This document shows, piece by piece, positions 63,117 to 64,000 of a stretch of DNA of 64,000 bases. How positions within the stretch are numbered: position 1 is the first letter of the stretch; each line of letters opens with the position of its first letter. This DNA comes from Chiloscyllium plagiosum (lineage: Eukaryota). Under the pieces are notes generated by a model, which worked only from the letters and a program-made list of their open reading frames with translations, was not told the origin of the DNA and ran no database searches. The stretch spans positions 18,893,891 through 18,957,890 of the forward strand of contig NC_057751.1 in assembly GCF_004010195.1 (NCBI RefSeq), in the 5' to 3' direction. Made by a program: the position numbers and the translations under genes.

Positions 63117-64000
63117 ATTGGAAAACCAAGTATTATAGTGGTGTAGGAGATTTACGACCCAATTCTTGCAGCTGTTGCCCTTCCTGGTGAGTCCGTGTGA
63201 ACTGTTTCCTGTTCTTCGATGTTTTACATGTTTAATCCTCAAGTCAAATCTCTTATCATATACAATGTGTCCAAGATGTTAGTCAATGCTTCATAATGGA
63301 TAAGTCCGAAAGAAACTCACAAACTACTGTTATTTCAAAGTTTCGATTTTCCTTCATCTGAACATCTCTCTGATTTACTAAGTATGTAACTCAGAGTTCA
63401 TTTCAACAATGCATGAGAAATTTCAGACTGCCTTGTAATTCAGTGAAGACTGAGCAGAACAGCAAAATGTATGGATGGCTATGCTACATTGCCAATCACA
63501 TAATATCGATTCATTTGTGATATTGTCACACATATTTCAGTCAGATACAGGAATTTTAATACATTGCCTTGCACACTCTCTTTTTATCTTACAGCAAGCT
63601 TGATGTCATTTGCAATTCTCTTGCGAGGAACCTGTGGCCTCTCCAGGTGTATCACTTTGCATATGGTGACCATGGTAATAGCTGATCTTCTTGTCCTAAG
63701 CAGCTATGTAATATTGTATTACATTTTGAGTTACCACGTTCCACTTCTATTCCTGTCCTACACGCCTATTTGCACCGTCATTACATACATGATTATTTTT
63801 GCTCTTATTTGTCAGTTTGTAGTATCGTCTTCTTCACCTTTGATCGATATGTAGTCATCTGCTGCCAAAAATTTAAAACAAAATTTTGCACGCAAAGAAC
63901 TGCAACTGTTGTTGTAACCAGCATCTCGATTGGCATTGTGCTGAAAAATATCCCTGTGTTGTTTGCATATGAGCCTCAGCATATTATCAACAATGTGCCG
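63117..64000 (+). pseudogene. GPR139/GPR142-like GPCR pseudogene (exon 1 63117-63186; exon 2 from 63595, runs off the window)
   Basis: Exon 1 IGKPSIIVV*EIYDPILAAVALP G|gtgagt; acceptor tcttacag|ca; ASLMSFAILLRGTCGLS...IADLL; frameshift near 63806, then FTFDRYVVICCQKFKTKFC. Confidence 0.85.

Overview
Eukaryotic, transposon-saturated genomic DNA, almost certainly from an elasmobranch (shark or ray). The evidence is eight HE1/V-SINE-type tRNA-derived SINEs and many CR1/HER1-type LINE fragments; the organism call is inference from repeat families. Most of the window is nested, decayed retroelements: CR1 LINEs, two Penelope-like families with pseudo-LTRs carrying minimal hammerhead ribozyme motifs, a Gmr1-like Gypsy LTR element (integrase upstream of RT, SCAN-like gag), a related solo LTR, a Tx1-clade LINE, an L1-clade 3' end and a Rex1/Babar-like tail. 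Host genes are one apparently intact two-exon GPR139/GPR142-like class A GPCR (23660-26247, +) with a 21-nt/7-aa tandem-repeat N-terminus, and a pseudogenised paralogue with the same intron position running off the window end (63117->64000). There is also a decayed C2H2 zinc-finger array fused to a Gypsy integrase fragment, an unexplained ~300-bp degenerate tandem array (44093-46380), and two assembly gaps. The most promising leads are the mobile pLTR/hammerhead mini-elements with their own TSDs, the repeat-extended GPCR N-terminus with an in-frame upstream stop, and the ~300-bp array. Boundaries of decayed elements are approximate, read by eye.
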